Both the position numbers and the translations under genes were made by a program. Shown here piece by piece: positions 17,050-26,936 of a stretch of DNA of 64,000 bases. The notes under the pieces are model-generated. The model saw only the letters and a program-made list of their open reading frames with translations. It ran no database searches and had not been told where the DNA came from. The stretch is from Myxococcota bacterium (GTDB lineage: Bacteria > Myxococcota_A > UBA796 > SXON01), in assembly GCA_040386535.1 (NCBI GenBank), contig JAZKFH010000022.1, positions 19,316 through 83,315 on the forward strand, in the 5' to 3' direction. The first letter of the stretch is position 1; every line of letters begins with the position of its first letter.

Positions 17050-20000
17050 GGTGGGGCGAGCTCCGATGGGGGCGAGAGGTGCAGGTCGACGTGCGGATAA
17101 CGGTCACGACGAAGCCCGGCCTGGCCACACGGATCGAGGGATGGCTTCGCGTTGCCCTCGACACCGCGACGGATCGCTACTGGATCGAGACGCCGGACGG
17201 GCACCTCCATGCCGTGATCCCCGCGGGCGGGTCCGCCGGGCTCCGGGACCTCGCGGATCCGGGCGTCGTGGCGCTGGTGCAAGCCGAGCCCTCCGCGGGG
17301 GACCGTCTTCGGGTGGTGGGGCGGATCTTCCCGAACAAGGCCACGCTCACGACGAGGATGCCGCTCCTGGTCCCGCCCGAGATCGAGGAAAAAATCTCTG
17401 CATCGTCCCGCGGGCGGCTGAACGATTGGTTCGACGCCGAGTTCCTCGTGGACGGACGCGCCTTTGCACACGCGGGCGGGAAGCCTGCCGACGGGCTTCG
17501 CCCGTTCGAGCTCTGGGGCCGGGACCGCATCCTCGCGGTCGAGCGTACGCCGCAGGGGCTGACCGTCACCGGCCTCAAGCGCGTAAGGAAGCACGCACCC
17601 GCGCTCACGATTCTGGAGGCGCCGTTCGACCTGCTCCCCGGTCGCCAGGCCGTCGCGAGCGAGGCGATCGCGCAGGTCGAGGCCGCGGCGAAGGCGGGAT
17701 CGGGCTGGTGGGGGCTGTGGGCCGAATATCAACGCGCGGAGCGCGAGGTTCTGGAGGAGACTCGGCAGCGCCTCACCCCGCTCCCGTACCGTTCCTGCAC
17801 GCTCGAACACAATGGCGAGCACGTGCGCTTCCGTTTGCGCGAGGCGCCACCGGAGTGCTGGGCGGCCGAGGAGGCCCAGCTCGAGCTCGCGGTGCTGGTC
17901 AATGGCAAGGAGCAGGCCGTGGGCCGCCTACGCGCCATCGAGGGCGCCGCGATCCTGGTGGAGCTCGGCCAGGGCGCCCTGGTGCCGCCGGACGAGGGCG
18001 AGCTGACGGTGGCGATCGAAGGCGACCAGAAGCGGCTCCGTCGCAGGGAGGACGCCCTCGATCGCCTCCAGCGGGGGCAGAGCCAGATGCCCGACCTCCT
18101 CGCGGTCCTCGAAGGTGAGGGGCGCACCGCCTACACCGGAGCGGAGCGCCGGCCCTTGTCGCCCGCCACCGAGCGCCTCCTCGCCTACCCGCTCACATCC
18201 GCGCAACGTGATGCCGTGCGCATCGCCCTTAACACGCCCGACATCGCGCTGATCCAGGGTCCGCCGGGCACCGGGAAGACCACGGTGATCCGCATGATCA
18301 CCGCGCGGCTCCACGAGGAGGGGCGCACCCCGGTGCTGCTCACGAGCTACCAGCACGAGGCGGTGCTCCGGGTGCTCGAGGGCGTCGAGACGGGCGGCGT
18401 GCCCGGCGTCCGCATCGGCGGCCGGCGGGGGGAAGATCCCTCGGTTGGCATCCGGCCGCTCACGGAGTGGCTCGAACGCCTGCAGGCCGCCGCCGCGGAG
18501 GCCGCGCGTGACCACGCGCACGACACCCCCTGGAACGAGCGCCAGCGGCGGCTGTGGCGGCTGGTCAACGGGTGGCGGAGCGCGCGCGGCGGCAAGGTGG
18601 GGGCGCACGCGCTGCTGGCGCAGGTGCGGGAGGAGATCGGCGCAGAGCTGCCCGCGCCGCTCGCCGAGCGGCTCGACGCTGCCGACGTACTCCTCGACAC
18701 CAACGTCGTGACCGAGGCGCTTCCCGAGGCGATGCGGTGGGAGCTGTCGGTCCTCGTGTCGCGGCTCGCCACCACGCCCGAGCGGTGGAGCGATGACGGG
18801 CCCGCGGGTGCGCGTCGGCTTGAGCGAGCCCTCCGCGCCGCGAGCGACGAGCTCGAACATACCGGAGCGATCGACCCCGAAGTGACCTCCACCCTCTTGC
18901 GCGCAGGCGTTTGCCGCGATCATCGGCCCGCGCCCCCCGGGCTCCTCGACGCGCTCTCCGCCGTGCAGGCTGCGCTCGATCTCCGGCTCGCGCCGCCCCC
19001 GCCCCCCGCGCTCGCGCTCGCGGTGCCCTCCGAGATTGACGCTGCGCTGAACGCGGTGCTCGCCTGGGTCGACCAGCGCGCCGCGGAGGCCGGCGAGGGC
19101 ATCTCCGACGCGCTCGAGGGCTTCCTGAACCGCCTGCTCGAGGATCCACTGGTGCTCCCACGCGTGCTCGAACGCTACGCGACGGCCGTCGGCGCGACCG
19201 TGCAGCAGGCGGTGGGTCGGGAGATGTCGGAGCTGCACGCGGAGTTCGACACCGTCATCGTGGACGAAGCGGCACGCGCCAACCCGTTGGATCTGCTCAT
19301 CGCCCTCATCCTCGGACGGCGCATCGTGCTCGTCGGCGACCAGAACCAGCTCCCCCACATGCTGGAGCCGCGCCTCGAGGCGGCCGTGAATTCCGGTCGC
19401 GCGACGGACGCTTCGGCGGTGTTGCGGCAGAGCCTCTTCGCGCGTCTGTGGGAGCTGTACCGGGAGTGCCCGCCGGGCGGGATTCCACGCACCCGGCTGC
19501 TGGACGAGCAGTTTCGCATGCATCCGATCATCGGTGACTTCGTCAGCGCCACGTTCTACGGCGGCGCGGTCCGTTCAGCCACGAAGGCGGAGGATCTGCA
19601 AAACACCACGGCGCTGTTCGACGGAAGGAACGTGGCGTTTCTCAACGTGAAGGGGCGTCGTGAGCAGCGTCGGTACGAGCGACCGCACGAGGCCGTGGTG
19701 GTGGCGGATCGCGTGGATCTCCTCCTCGCGGACGCGCCGGACTGGACGATCGGGGTCATCACGTTCTACGCGCAGCAGGCCGCCTTGCTGGAGGAGCACG
19801 CGAAGGCGCGCGGGTGGAGCGAGCGTGTTCGCGTCGGGACGGTCGATGCCTTCCAGGGGCGGGAGTTCGACGCGGTGCTGCTCTCCTGCGTGCGGTCGGG
19901 CGGCGGGGTCGGGTTCCTGGCCCTCCCCAACCGCCTCAACGTGGCGATGAGCCGCGCGAAGCGGCTCCTCGTGGCGGTGGGAGATGCCCGAACGGTTCGG

Positions 20001-20069
20001 CAGGTCGCGCCGCTGGCCGGCTTCCTCGCGCTCTGCCGGGAGAGAGGGTTCTACGATGATTCGGTGTAG
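17046..20069 (+). CDS. SF1 UPF1/DNA2-like helicase (CoCoNuT CnuH-like), 1007 aa
   Basis: IQGPPGTGKT, IVDEAAR, VGDQNQLP, EQFRMHP, TVDAFQGRE and RLNVAMSRAK. Confidence 0.92.
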   Translation: MRWGELRWGREVQVDVRITVTTKPGLATRIEGWLRVALDTATDRYWIETPDGHLHAVIPAGGSAGLRDLADPGVVALVQAEPSAGDRLRVVGRIFPNKATLTTRMPLLVPPEIEEKISASSRGRLNDWFDAEFLVDGRAFAHAGGKPADGLRPFELWGRDRILAVERTPQGLTVTGLKRVRKHAPALTILEAPFDLLPGRQAVASEAIAQVEAAAKAGSGWWGLWAEYQRAEREVLEETRQRLTPLPYRSCTLEHNGEHVRFRLREAPPECWAAEEAQLELAVLVNGKEQAVGRLRAIEGAAILVELGQGALVPPDEGELTVAIEGDQKRLRRREDALDRLQRGQSQMPDLLAVLEGEGRTAYTGAERRPLSPATERLLAYPLTSAQRDAVRIALNTPDIALIQGPPGTGKTTVIRMITARLHEEGRTPVLLTSYQHEAVLRVLEGVETGGVPGVRIGGRRGEDPSVGIRPLTEWLERLQAAAAEAARDHAHDTPWNERQRRLWRLVNGWRSARGGKVGAHALLAQVREEIGAELPAPLAERLDAADVLLDTNVVTEALPEAMRWELSVLVSRLATTPERWSDDGPAGARRLERALRAASDELEHTGAIDPEVTSTLLRAGVCRDHRPAPPGLLDALSAVQAALDLRLAPPPPPALALAVPSEIDAALNAVLAWVDQRAAEAGEGISDALEGFLNRLLEDPLVLPRVLERYATAVGATVQQAVGREMSELHAEFDTVIVDEAARANPLDLLIALILGRRIVLVGDQNQLPHMLEPRLEAAVNSGRATDASAVLRQSLFARLWELYRECPPGGIPRTRLLDEQFRMHPIIGDFVSATFYGGAVRSATKAEDLQNTTALFDGRNVAFLNVKGRREQRRYERPHEAVVVADRVDLLLADAPDWTIGVITFYAQQAALLEEHAKARGWSERVRVGTVDAFQGREFDAVLLSCVRSGGGVGFLALPNRLNVAMSRAKRLLVAVGDARTVRQVAPLAGFLALCRERGFYDDSV

Positions 20070-21639
20070 ACGCGTGATCGCTCCCCACGGCGCCGCCACC
20101 GCGGTGACGCTCCGCTGGCCAGTCACCGCCTGGCGGGTCCGGCTCCGCGTGTCGGTCCCCGAAGACCTCGACCCCTTCGCGCGGCTCATCCTCGATCTGT
20201 CCGCCCTGGATCGCCGCGATCCGGTCTGGATTGGGAAGATGAGCGGCCTCGAGCCCGAGTTCGTGCGCGCTCTCGTCGCGACGCAGAAGGGCAGCGGCTC
20301 GTTGGACTCCGAGGGCAGGCTCACGGACGTGGGGCAGATGCGACGCCTCGACCAGGACGAGGAGCAGCTCCGCATCGGCTGGATGCTCCGCGACGACCTC
20401 ACGGGCACGGTGTTGCCAACCTTCTTCGAGGGAGATCTCCCGTTCGGCGCGTGGCCGCCGGGGGCGCTCCCGCTCTGGCCCGAGGGCATGAAGCGCCCGC
20501 CCGATCCGGAGATCGCGGCCCGAGGTCGTTTCCCCGACGCGCTGCGGGCGATGTCCCGGCTCGACCGGGGGCTGGCGATCGCCGACCGGGAGGACGACGA
20601 TGTTCCGCGGACGATGGAGGAGGCCGAGGCCGTCCGCGCCCACGGGCGGGTGGAGCTGCTCGGCGACGGGCTGTGGGACGAGATCGCGGTGGATGTGTGG
20701 GCCGAGCTCGCATCGGAAGGCATCGAGCTCCGGGCGGGGTGCCCGTTCGGCCGGAAGGCGGACGGCGCGCGATACCTCCAGCGGCTCCTCGCGAACGCGC
20801 GGCGCTATCCGGCCGTGCAGGCCGCGTTGGACGGTCTCCAGACCATCGGCGGCCAGAAGCTCGAGGAGTGGCACGACGAGCAGCGCGACCTCACCCTGGT
20901 GGCCATCCGCGCGGACCGGAAGGCCGCGCTCACCGCCGGGCGCGCGCTGCCCGACTACGTGCAGCGCCAGCTCGAAGAGGCGGAGGACATGAGCTTCCGC
21001 GCGGAGCGGGGGCGTGCGCGCGCCGACAAGGCGATCCTGGAGTGGGGCCTGTTCGCGGAGGAGGTGTTGCACCACTTCTGCCCGCCGGCGGGCGCGGGTC
21101 CCGACGCCGCTTGGCTTGCCCGGTGGGCGTCCACGCTCCCCGAGCGGCCGGAGACCGCCGCGACCGCAGCGCTGGGGCTCGTGGGCGGTCTTCTCGTCGA
21201 TGATGACGGCCACCCCCTCGACGCGCCCGGATCGGCGCGGCATCCGGAGGTGGTGGTGCAGCTCCTGCGGGCGCTGCTCAAGACGGAGCGGGACGAGGCG
21301 TCGCAGCTCCTGTGCTGGCGGCCCCGCGCCACGCCCAGCTGGCACCGCAAGGGTGACAAGCTCATCGGCGCGCGGCTGCTCCTCCTCCCCTCCCTGGCGG
21401 CGGCGATGCTCGCGCAGACACCGGGGGAGTCCGAGGCGCACCACCGGGCGAACGCCTGGCAAGCCACGCTTGCCCGCGATCCCTCGGTGTGGCGCACGAT
21501 CGCTCGGATCCTCGATCTCCGAAACAAAGTGGGCGCCCACACGCATCGGTTGGACGCAGCAACGCTCGAGCGCATGCTCGTGGATGCGCGATCGTCCGCG
21601 CGTGCTGTCCTGAACGCCGCGTTTCCAGCGTCTCCCTGA
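20056..21639 (+). CDS. wHTH plus putative HEPN effector (CnuE-like), 527 aa
   Basis: N-terminal wHTH-like segment (DPFARLILDL...IGKMSGLEPEFVRALV...GRLTDVG) and C-terminal LRNKVGAH (R-x5-H). It sits between the helicase and McrB. Confidence 0.55.
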   Translation: MIRCRRVIAPHGAATAVTLRWPVTAWRVRLRVSVPEDLDPFARLILDLSALDRRDPVWIGKMSGLEPEFVRALVATQKGSGSLDSEGRLTDVGQMRRLDQDEEQLRIGWMLRDDLTGTVLPTFFEGDLPFGAWPPGALPLWPEGMKRPPDPEIAARGRFPDALRAMSRLDRGLAIADREDDDVPRTMEEAEAVRAHGRVELLGDGLWDEIAVDVWAELASEGIELRAGCPFGRKADGARYLQRLLANARRYPAVQAALDGLQTIGGQKLEEWHDEQRDLTLVAIRADRKAALTAGRALPDYVQRQLEEAEDMSFRAERGRARADKAILEWGLFAEEVLHHFCPPAGAGPDAAWLARWASTLPERPETAATAALGLVGGLLVDDDGHPLDAPGSARHPEVVVQLLRALLKTERDEASQLLCWRPRATPSWHRKGDKLIGARLLLLPSLAAAMLAQTPGESEAHHRANAWQATLARDPSVWRTIARILDLRNKVGAHTHRLDAATLERMLVDARSSARAVLNAAFPASP

Positions 21640-21660
21640 CCCCTACCCCCGGAAGCTCTC

Positions 21661-24600
21661 ATGGCATGGAAGGACAAGAAGCCGCCCGTCAAGGAACAGG
21701 AGCCCGCGAGGGGTGTGCCGCCCAGGGCCGCCACGACATCGATCCCCGCCCCACCCGTCGAGCCGACCGAACCGGCGTGGCCCCAAGCCGCCCGCCAGGA
21801 GCTCGCATCCGAGCGCGCCCGGGTCGCGTCGCTTCAGGCCGAACTCGATAGGATCACCCCCGAATACCAGCAGCTACGAGCGACCAAGGCTGACCTCGGG
21901 CGCCAGCAGCTCGCCAAGGACGTGGAGCTCGCCGAGCTCGCCCGGAAGCAGGCGCTGGTGGAGGACGCGCGGCAGCGTCTGGAGGGCGAGCGCTCGCGGC
22001 TCGTCGCGGACGCCGCGCCATGGCTCGACGCAGAGAAGGGCCGTCGTATCGCAGAAGCGGATCGCGAGGCGGGGGATGTGCGGAAGCGCGCCGAGGAGGC
22101 CGAGACAGCGGCGCGGGCGCTTGCCGAGCACATTCGGCGTGATGCGGAGTCGCATGGTGCGAGCGTGCGTGTGGATGCGGAGACACACGCCGCGCCGATA
22201 CGCGCGGAGGCCGATCGGAAGCGGCGAGAGGCGGAGGGAGACGCGATTCGGCTCCGCGGCGAGGCCGATGCAGCGCGAGCGGAGGCCACGCGGCAGGTCG
22301 AAGAGCTGCTGCGAGGGGCGGATCAGCAGGCCGGCGATGCGCGGCGCCTCGGCGTGGAGGAAGCCTGCCGCGTGCGTCTGCAGGCCCAGGAAGAAGCGCT
22401 GGAGCACCGGCGCCAGGCGGATCTCGAGGCGGGGATCACGCGGGAGTCGGCGCGTCGCGACGGCGCAGCGGCGCTCGAAGCGGCCCGCGTAGACGCCCAC
22501 GAGCTCCGGCAGAAGGCGGAGCGCGACGCCGCGAAATTGCGAGGCGAAGCGGCGCGTGAGGTGGAACAGGCGCGTGGCGCCGCCGAGCGCGACCGGATCG
22601 CTGCAGAGGAGCGGGCCGCCCAGCGCATCGCCACCGCCGAGCTCGAAGCGGTGCGGGCATCGCGAATCGAGAGTACACGTATCTTTGCCGAGGCCGAGGC
22701 CGAGGCCGAGGAGCGCCTGGAGAGGGTCGCGACGCGAGAGGACCAGCAGCGCACGCGGCACGCTGAGCAGGAGGATCGGGAGCGCGCGCAGCAGGATGAG
22801 GACACCGCTCTGTCCCGCAGAGACCGTGCGCTCGACGCGCGGAGCCGCCGCCTGGCCGAACGGGAGCTCGACGTGGAGCGGGACGCGCAGGAACAGGCCT
22901 TGCGCAGGGAGACTCTCGTGGAGGCTGAGGGCCGCCTCGGTGCCGCCGCGCGTGAGCGGCTCGATCAGTCGCTCACCGAGGCGGGGGAAGCATTGGCCGA
23001 GTCGCGGCGTCGCAACCGGGAGCTCGCGGAGGAGCGCGATCGTCTGCGCGACGCATTGGCGGCGGCCGGCGGGCCCGACGTGGAGGCGCGGCAAGAGGAC
23101 GTCGAGCGGCTCCGGCGCGAGAACGGAGCGCTGCGGGCGAAGGTCGCCGAGATGTTGCCCGCCGACGAGGCCGACGCGCTGCGTCGCGAGCGCGACAGCC
23201 TCCTCGGGGCGCGCGCCGAGGCCCTCGCGGCGTCCCAGCACGCGCGCGACATGGCCGAGGCCCAACAGCAGGCGGACCGCGCGATGGCGAGGACGCGTCA
23301 GGACGCCGACCGACTGGTGAAGCAGGCGCAGGCCGAGCTCGAGAGACAGGTAGCCGAGGTCGATCGGGTCACCTCGATGCTGGCCGTGGTGGACGCGGAG
23401 CGGGCGGCGCTGGCCGGCACCGCGGACGAGGCACGGCGCGGCAAGGAAGACATCGAGCGCATCCGCATCGATCGGGACTTCCTGGAGGCCCAGCTCGAAG
23501 AGGCTCGGCGCGTGCTCGACGACCGGACGCGCCTCCTGAAGAAGAACGCCAAGCAGCGCTATCCGGTGCTCGCCGAGATGGACGAGGATCCCCCGAAGAG
23601 CAAATTCGGTCCGACGGAGCCGGCACCCCCGCTCGCCGCGTTGGTGGCTCGCACCCGCGCCACCCTCGCCGCCGGGGGCCGCACCTATGACAACCCGACC
23701 CTGTGCGCCTGGATCGCCTCGCTCGCCGCGCACCGGCTCATCGTGGTGAAGGGCCGATCGGGTACGGGCAAGACCAGCCTGCCCGTACACTTCGCCGATG
23801 CCGTCGGCGGCGGGCGCGTCGTGGTGCCGGTGCAATCAGGCTGGCGCGACCGCGCGGATCTGCTCGGCTACTTCAACACCTTCGACAACCGCTTCCGCGC
23901 GCAGCCGTTCACCGAAGCCGTGTACAAGGCGAACTCGCCCGACTTCCGCGACCGGCCGTTCTTCATCGTGCTCGACGAGTGCAACCTCTCCCGCCTCGAG
24001 TACTACTTCGCGGATCTGCTCTCCGAGCTCGAGCTCGACCCGGAGAAGGGCGGCATCGACAAGCTCAAGCACGAGGAGTGGACGGCGCTCAAGGGGGACG
24101 GCCGCCCGCCCCACCTGATCCGCGTCTCCGAGACGGGCGACGCGGCGATGGCGCCTCGATTCCTGCCTCAGGGGCGCTTCCTCTGCCTGCCGCCGAACGT
24201 ATGGATCATCGCGACGGCGAACGAGGACGAATCGACCTTCGAGATCGCCGACAAGACCTACGACCGCGCCGGCATCCTCCAGATGGACGCGCGCGCCGAC
24301 CTGGGGAAGGTCCCCGGAACCCCCCTCAAGCCCATCGCGTGGGGCGATCTCACCGGGCAGTTCGGGGCGGTCCAGAGGGCCTGGCCCACCTCCAAGCGGA
24401 CGAAGCTCGCCGAGTGGGTGGCGAAGCTCGACGCCGCGCTCCAGGGCGGGTTCGAGGTCGGGTTCGGCAACCGGTTCGTGAACCACGCCGAGCTGTTCCT
24501 CCCTGTCTACGAGGCCCTCGGTGGCACGCTCGCAGGGGGAGCGGATCACCTGTTGCGCACGCGCATCCTCCGCAAGGTAGACCGGGTGCGTGATCCCGGG

Positions 24601-24717
24601 CTCCGGCAGGCCGCGAGCGATCTCCGGGAGGTCGTGGACATGAAGTGGCCATGGGACGGCGGCAGGCCGGTCCGCTCGCTCGACGCGCTCGACAAGCTCT
24701 ACATCCGGCTCTCCTGA
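21661..24717 (+). CDS. Long coiled-coil fused to McrB-family AAA+ GTPase (CnuB-like), 1018 aa
   Basis: About 600 aa of coiled coil, then GRSGTGKT, VPVQSGWRDRADLLGY, LDECNLSRLEYYFADLLS and TANEDEST (NxD motif). Confidence 0.9.
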   Translation: MAWKDKKPPVKEQEPARGVPPRAATTSIPAPPVEPTEPAWPQAARQELASERARVASLQAELDRITPEYQQLRATKADLGRQQLAKDVELAELARKQALVEDARQRLEGERSRLVADAAPWLDAEKGRRIAEADREAGDVRKRAEEAETAARALAEHIRRDAESHGASVRVDAETHAAPIRAEADRKRREAEGDAIRLRGEADAARAEATRQVEELLRGADQQAGDARRLGVEEACRVRLQAQEEALEHRRQADLEAGITRESARRDGAAALEAARVDAHELRQKAERDAAKLRGEAAREVEQARGAAERDRIAAEERAAQRIATAELEAVRASRIESTRIFAEAEAEAEERLERVATREDQQRTRHAEQEDRERAQQDEDTALSRRDRALDARSRRLAERELDVERDAQEQALRRETLVEAEGRLGAAARERLDQSLTEAGEALAESRRRNRELAEERDRLRDALAAAGGPDVEARQEDVERLRRENGALRAKVAEMLPADEADALRRERDSLLGARAEALAASQHARDMAEAQQQADRAMARTRQDADRLVKQAQAELERQVAEVDRVTSMLAVVDAERAALAGTADEARRGKEDIERIRIDRDFLEAQLEEARRVLDDRTRLLKKNAKQRYPVLAEMDEDPPKSKFGPTEPAPPLAALVARTRATLAAGGRTYDNPTLCAWIASLAAHRLIVVKGRSGTGKTSLPVHFADAVGGGRVVVPVQSGWRDRADLLGYFNTFDNRFRAQPFTEAVYKANSPDFRDRPFFIVLDECNLSRLEYYFADLLSELELDPEKGGIDKLKHEEWTALKGDGRPPHLIRVSETGDAAMAPRFLPQGRFLCLPPNVWIIATANEDESTFEIADKTYDRAGILQMDARADLGKVPGTPLKPIAWGDLTGQFGAVQRAWPTSKRTKLAEWVAKLDAALQGGFEVGFGNRFVNHAELFLPVYEALGGTLAGGADHLLRTRILRKVDRVRDPGLRQAASDLREVVDMKWPWDGGRPVRSLDALDKLYIRLS

Positions 24718-26747
24718 TGGCCACGCTCCGGCAGGGCAACCGCCCCGTCACCGCCGCCACCGTGACCACCACGCGCCCGTGGGCCGAGCCCCTTTGGCTC
24801 GATCCCGGCGGCGACCCACCCCTCGGCGTGCGCCTGAACCGGCGGCCCGTGGAGGGTGGCAGGGGCAGGATCCCGTGGCTCCGTGGCGACTTGGAGTGGT
24901 CCGATCGCGCGGGCGCCCACCGCGTGCGCATCGAGCTCCCGGAGCGCCTTCGCCCCGATGACCATCCTGAATTGCCGCCCGCCAAGCGAACCGAGCCCCG
25001 TCGGGAGGCTCTCCGCGCCTTCGGGGACATGCTCGCCGAGCGTTGTGGCAAGGGAACGGTCACCGTCGGGCAGGTGCGGTCGCTGCCGCTCCTCGCGATC
25101 GCCGGGCTCGCCGACGCGGTCCGGGTCACCCCGCTCGACACGCTGCAGGCGAGCCGCCTGGGCACCCTCTCCGACCTCTGCACCCGCCCCCGCTCCTGGT
25201 TGCGGGAGGAGACCGCGGTGTTGCCGGTGGGCCGCGTGCGCCGCCCCGCTCGCGACGCAGTCACCCACCTCCAACGCCACACCGAGCACGCCGGTCACGA
25301 TGGCCTCCGTGTGTATCCCGAGCGCATCCTCGCCTCTCTCCAGGAAGAGGAGCTCGATCTGTACGAGAACCGCGTCCTCGTCACGTTGCTCTCGCGCCTC
25401 CAGGAGCGTGCCCGAAAGCGCTTCGCTCGGGTGGAGCTCGCGCTGAGCGGGCTGTACGAGCTTCTGGCCGATCTCGACGCCGCGAAGGCGTGCGGGCAGC
25501 ACCGGCGCGCCGGCCGGCTCCGCAAGTGGTTGGACGCCGAGGGCGACCTCGCGACGCACCGGGCCAACGGCGAGGACAGCCAGTCGGCGCTCCGCACCCA
25601 GCTCCGCTCCCTCGGCGCTTGCCTTACCAGCCCGCTCGCCCTCACGCTTCGCGACCGGCCTCAGGTGCGCGCGCCCCTCCGCGAGACCAACATCCTTACT
25701 TTCGACGGCAAGTTCCGCGTCGTGTTGGAGCTCTGGGAAGCGCTCGAGATCGAGGAGCGGGAGCACCGTCGCCCGCTGGATGCAGTGCGCGAGGATCCCG
25801 ACGGCGTCTGGGCGGACTACGCCTACCTGCTCCTCCTCCGCGCGCTCCTCGATGCGGGCTTCAAGCCGGCTGGCGACCCCACGTTAGCCCTGACGCTGCA
25901 ACCCGTAGGACCGGCCGACCTGGTCTTCGAGCGGCCCGCCCCCTCGGGGAGCTGGCGTGCCACCGTGTCGCGACGGCTGGCCCGCGGCAACGACATGCTC
26001 GAGCTCTCGATCGAGCGCACTCGCCCTGCCGCGGCGGCCGCCGCGCGGTCCCGGGGCCCTGTCGTCACCCTTCCCAAAGCCCCGCCTGTCACCGTTCGCT
26101 TCGCGCCGACGTTTGCACAGGGTGACAGGCCCGTGGATCCAGACGTCGTCTGGCTTCACCCGCAGATCCCGTCCAGCGACGACGAGGCGCTCCCCTCCGC
26201 CGCCCTCCCGTACCCCGCGGTCGTCGCCAGGAGCTCGGCTGGCCTCTCCCACGACGGGCTCCGGCGTGTGCCCCGGGCGATCCCCATTGCCCCCTGGTCG
26301 GCTGCGTCCGGCGACCGCCTCCTCCGCCTCGTCCGCGCCCTCACCGTCGGCGTTTCGCTCACGAACGGCGAGCCGGTCGAGTGGTGCCCAGCCTGCGGGG
26401 CGGCGGGACGAGTGGGTTCGCGCCCGAACGATCGGGTGTGCTCGGACCCTGACTGCGGCGCGGAGTGGGGCTGGCGCAGGTGCCCGGACCCATGCGGCGC
26501 TCACATCCCCAAGCTCCTCCCTCACCTACCGAACGCCGACGCGCTCGAAAAGCTGGTCTTCCGTGCGGAGGGTGCTCCCAAGCGCCTTGTCCTCCAGGAG
26601 CGCATCGCCGGCCCCGACCTGCTCGCCGACTGGTGCCTGGAGGGGATTGGCACCCACAACATGATCTGTCCGGCGTGTGGGCGGTGCGCCAACCCGAGTC
26701 CCGTTCCTGGGTGTGTTCGGTGTGTTCGGGGGGGGGCAACCCGTTAG
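24717..26747 (+). CDS. DUF2357/McrC-like partner with C-terminal Cys-rich Zn-ribbon array (CnuC-like), 676 aa
   Basis: LDLYENRVL (DUF2357 xxxENR motif). The C-terminus has CPACG, CSDPDCG, CPDPCG, CPACGRC and CVRC. TGATG-coupled to McrB. Confidence 0.75.
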   Translation: MATLRQGNRPVTAATVTTTRPWAEPLWLDPGGDPPLGVRLNRRPVEGGRGRIPWLRGDLEWSDRAGAHRVRIELPERLRPDDHPELPPAKRTEPRREALRAFGDMLAERCGKGTVTVGQVRSLPLLAIAGLADAVRVTPLDTLQASRLGTLSDLCTRPRSWLREETAVLPVGRVRRPARDAVTHLQRHTEHAGHDGLRVYPERILASLQEEELDLYENRVLVTLLSRLQERARKRFARVELALSGLYELLADLDAAKACGQHRRAGRLRKWLDAEGDLATHRANGEDSQSALRTQLRSLGACLTSPLALTLRDRPQVRAPLRETNILTFDGKFRVVLELWEALEIEEREHRRPLDAVREDPDGVWADYAYLLLLRALLDAGFKPAGDPTLALTLQPVGPADLVFERPAPSGSWRATVSRRLARGNDMLELSIERTRPAAAAAARSRGPVVTLPKAPPVTVRFAPTFAQGDRPVDPDVVWLHPQIPSSDDEALPSAALPYPAVVARSSAGLSHDGLRRVPRAIPIAPWSAASGDRLLRLVRALTVGVSLTNGEPVEWCPACGAAGRVGSRPNDRVCSDPDCGAEWGWRRCPDPCGAHIPKLLPHLPNADALEKLVFRAEGAPKRLVLQERIAGPDLLADWCLEGIGTHNMICPACGRCANPSPVPGCVRCVRGGATR

Positions 26748-26936
26748 TATGAGCGGGCTCGTGCGGCACGACGACAACTCCCCACGCAGGCCTCGAGGGG
26801 AGCGAGCCATGCCCCAGTTCAGCCCTTCCTATCGCCAGTTTGAACGGCCGCTGGCGAGGTAGATTCAGCTCGCCCCGGCCCCCCACAACCCGGCACGGCG
26901 GCTGCAACCCGCGCGCACCCGCGAACGAGAACAAGC

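Noticed and set aside
21780..23560. DNA tandem repeats in the McrB N-terminus
   Set aside because: The repetitiveness reflects Ala/Glu/Arg coiled-coil codons, not discrete nucleotide repeats.
21874..23835. 653-aa minus-strand ORF (and similar ones at 6009-7649, 17928-19523, 32298-33929)
   Set aside because: These lie antisense to well-supported genes and have no recognisable domains.
26749..26862. Small ORF or leader peptide before the UvrD gene
   Set aside because: It is short, has no motif, and I saw no attenuator structure.
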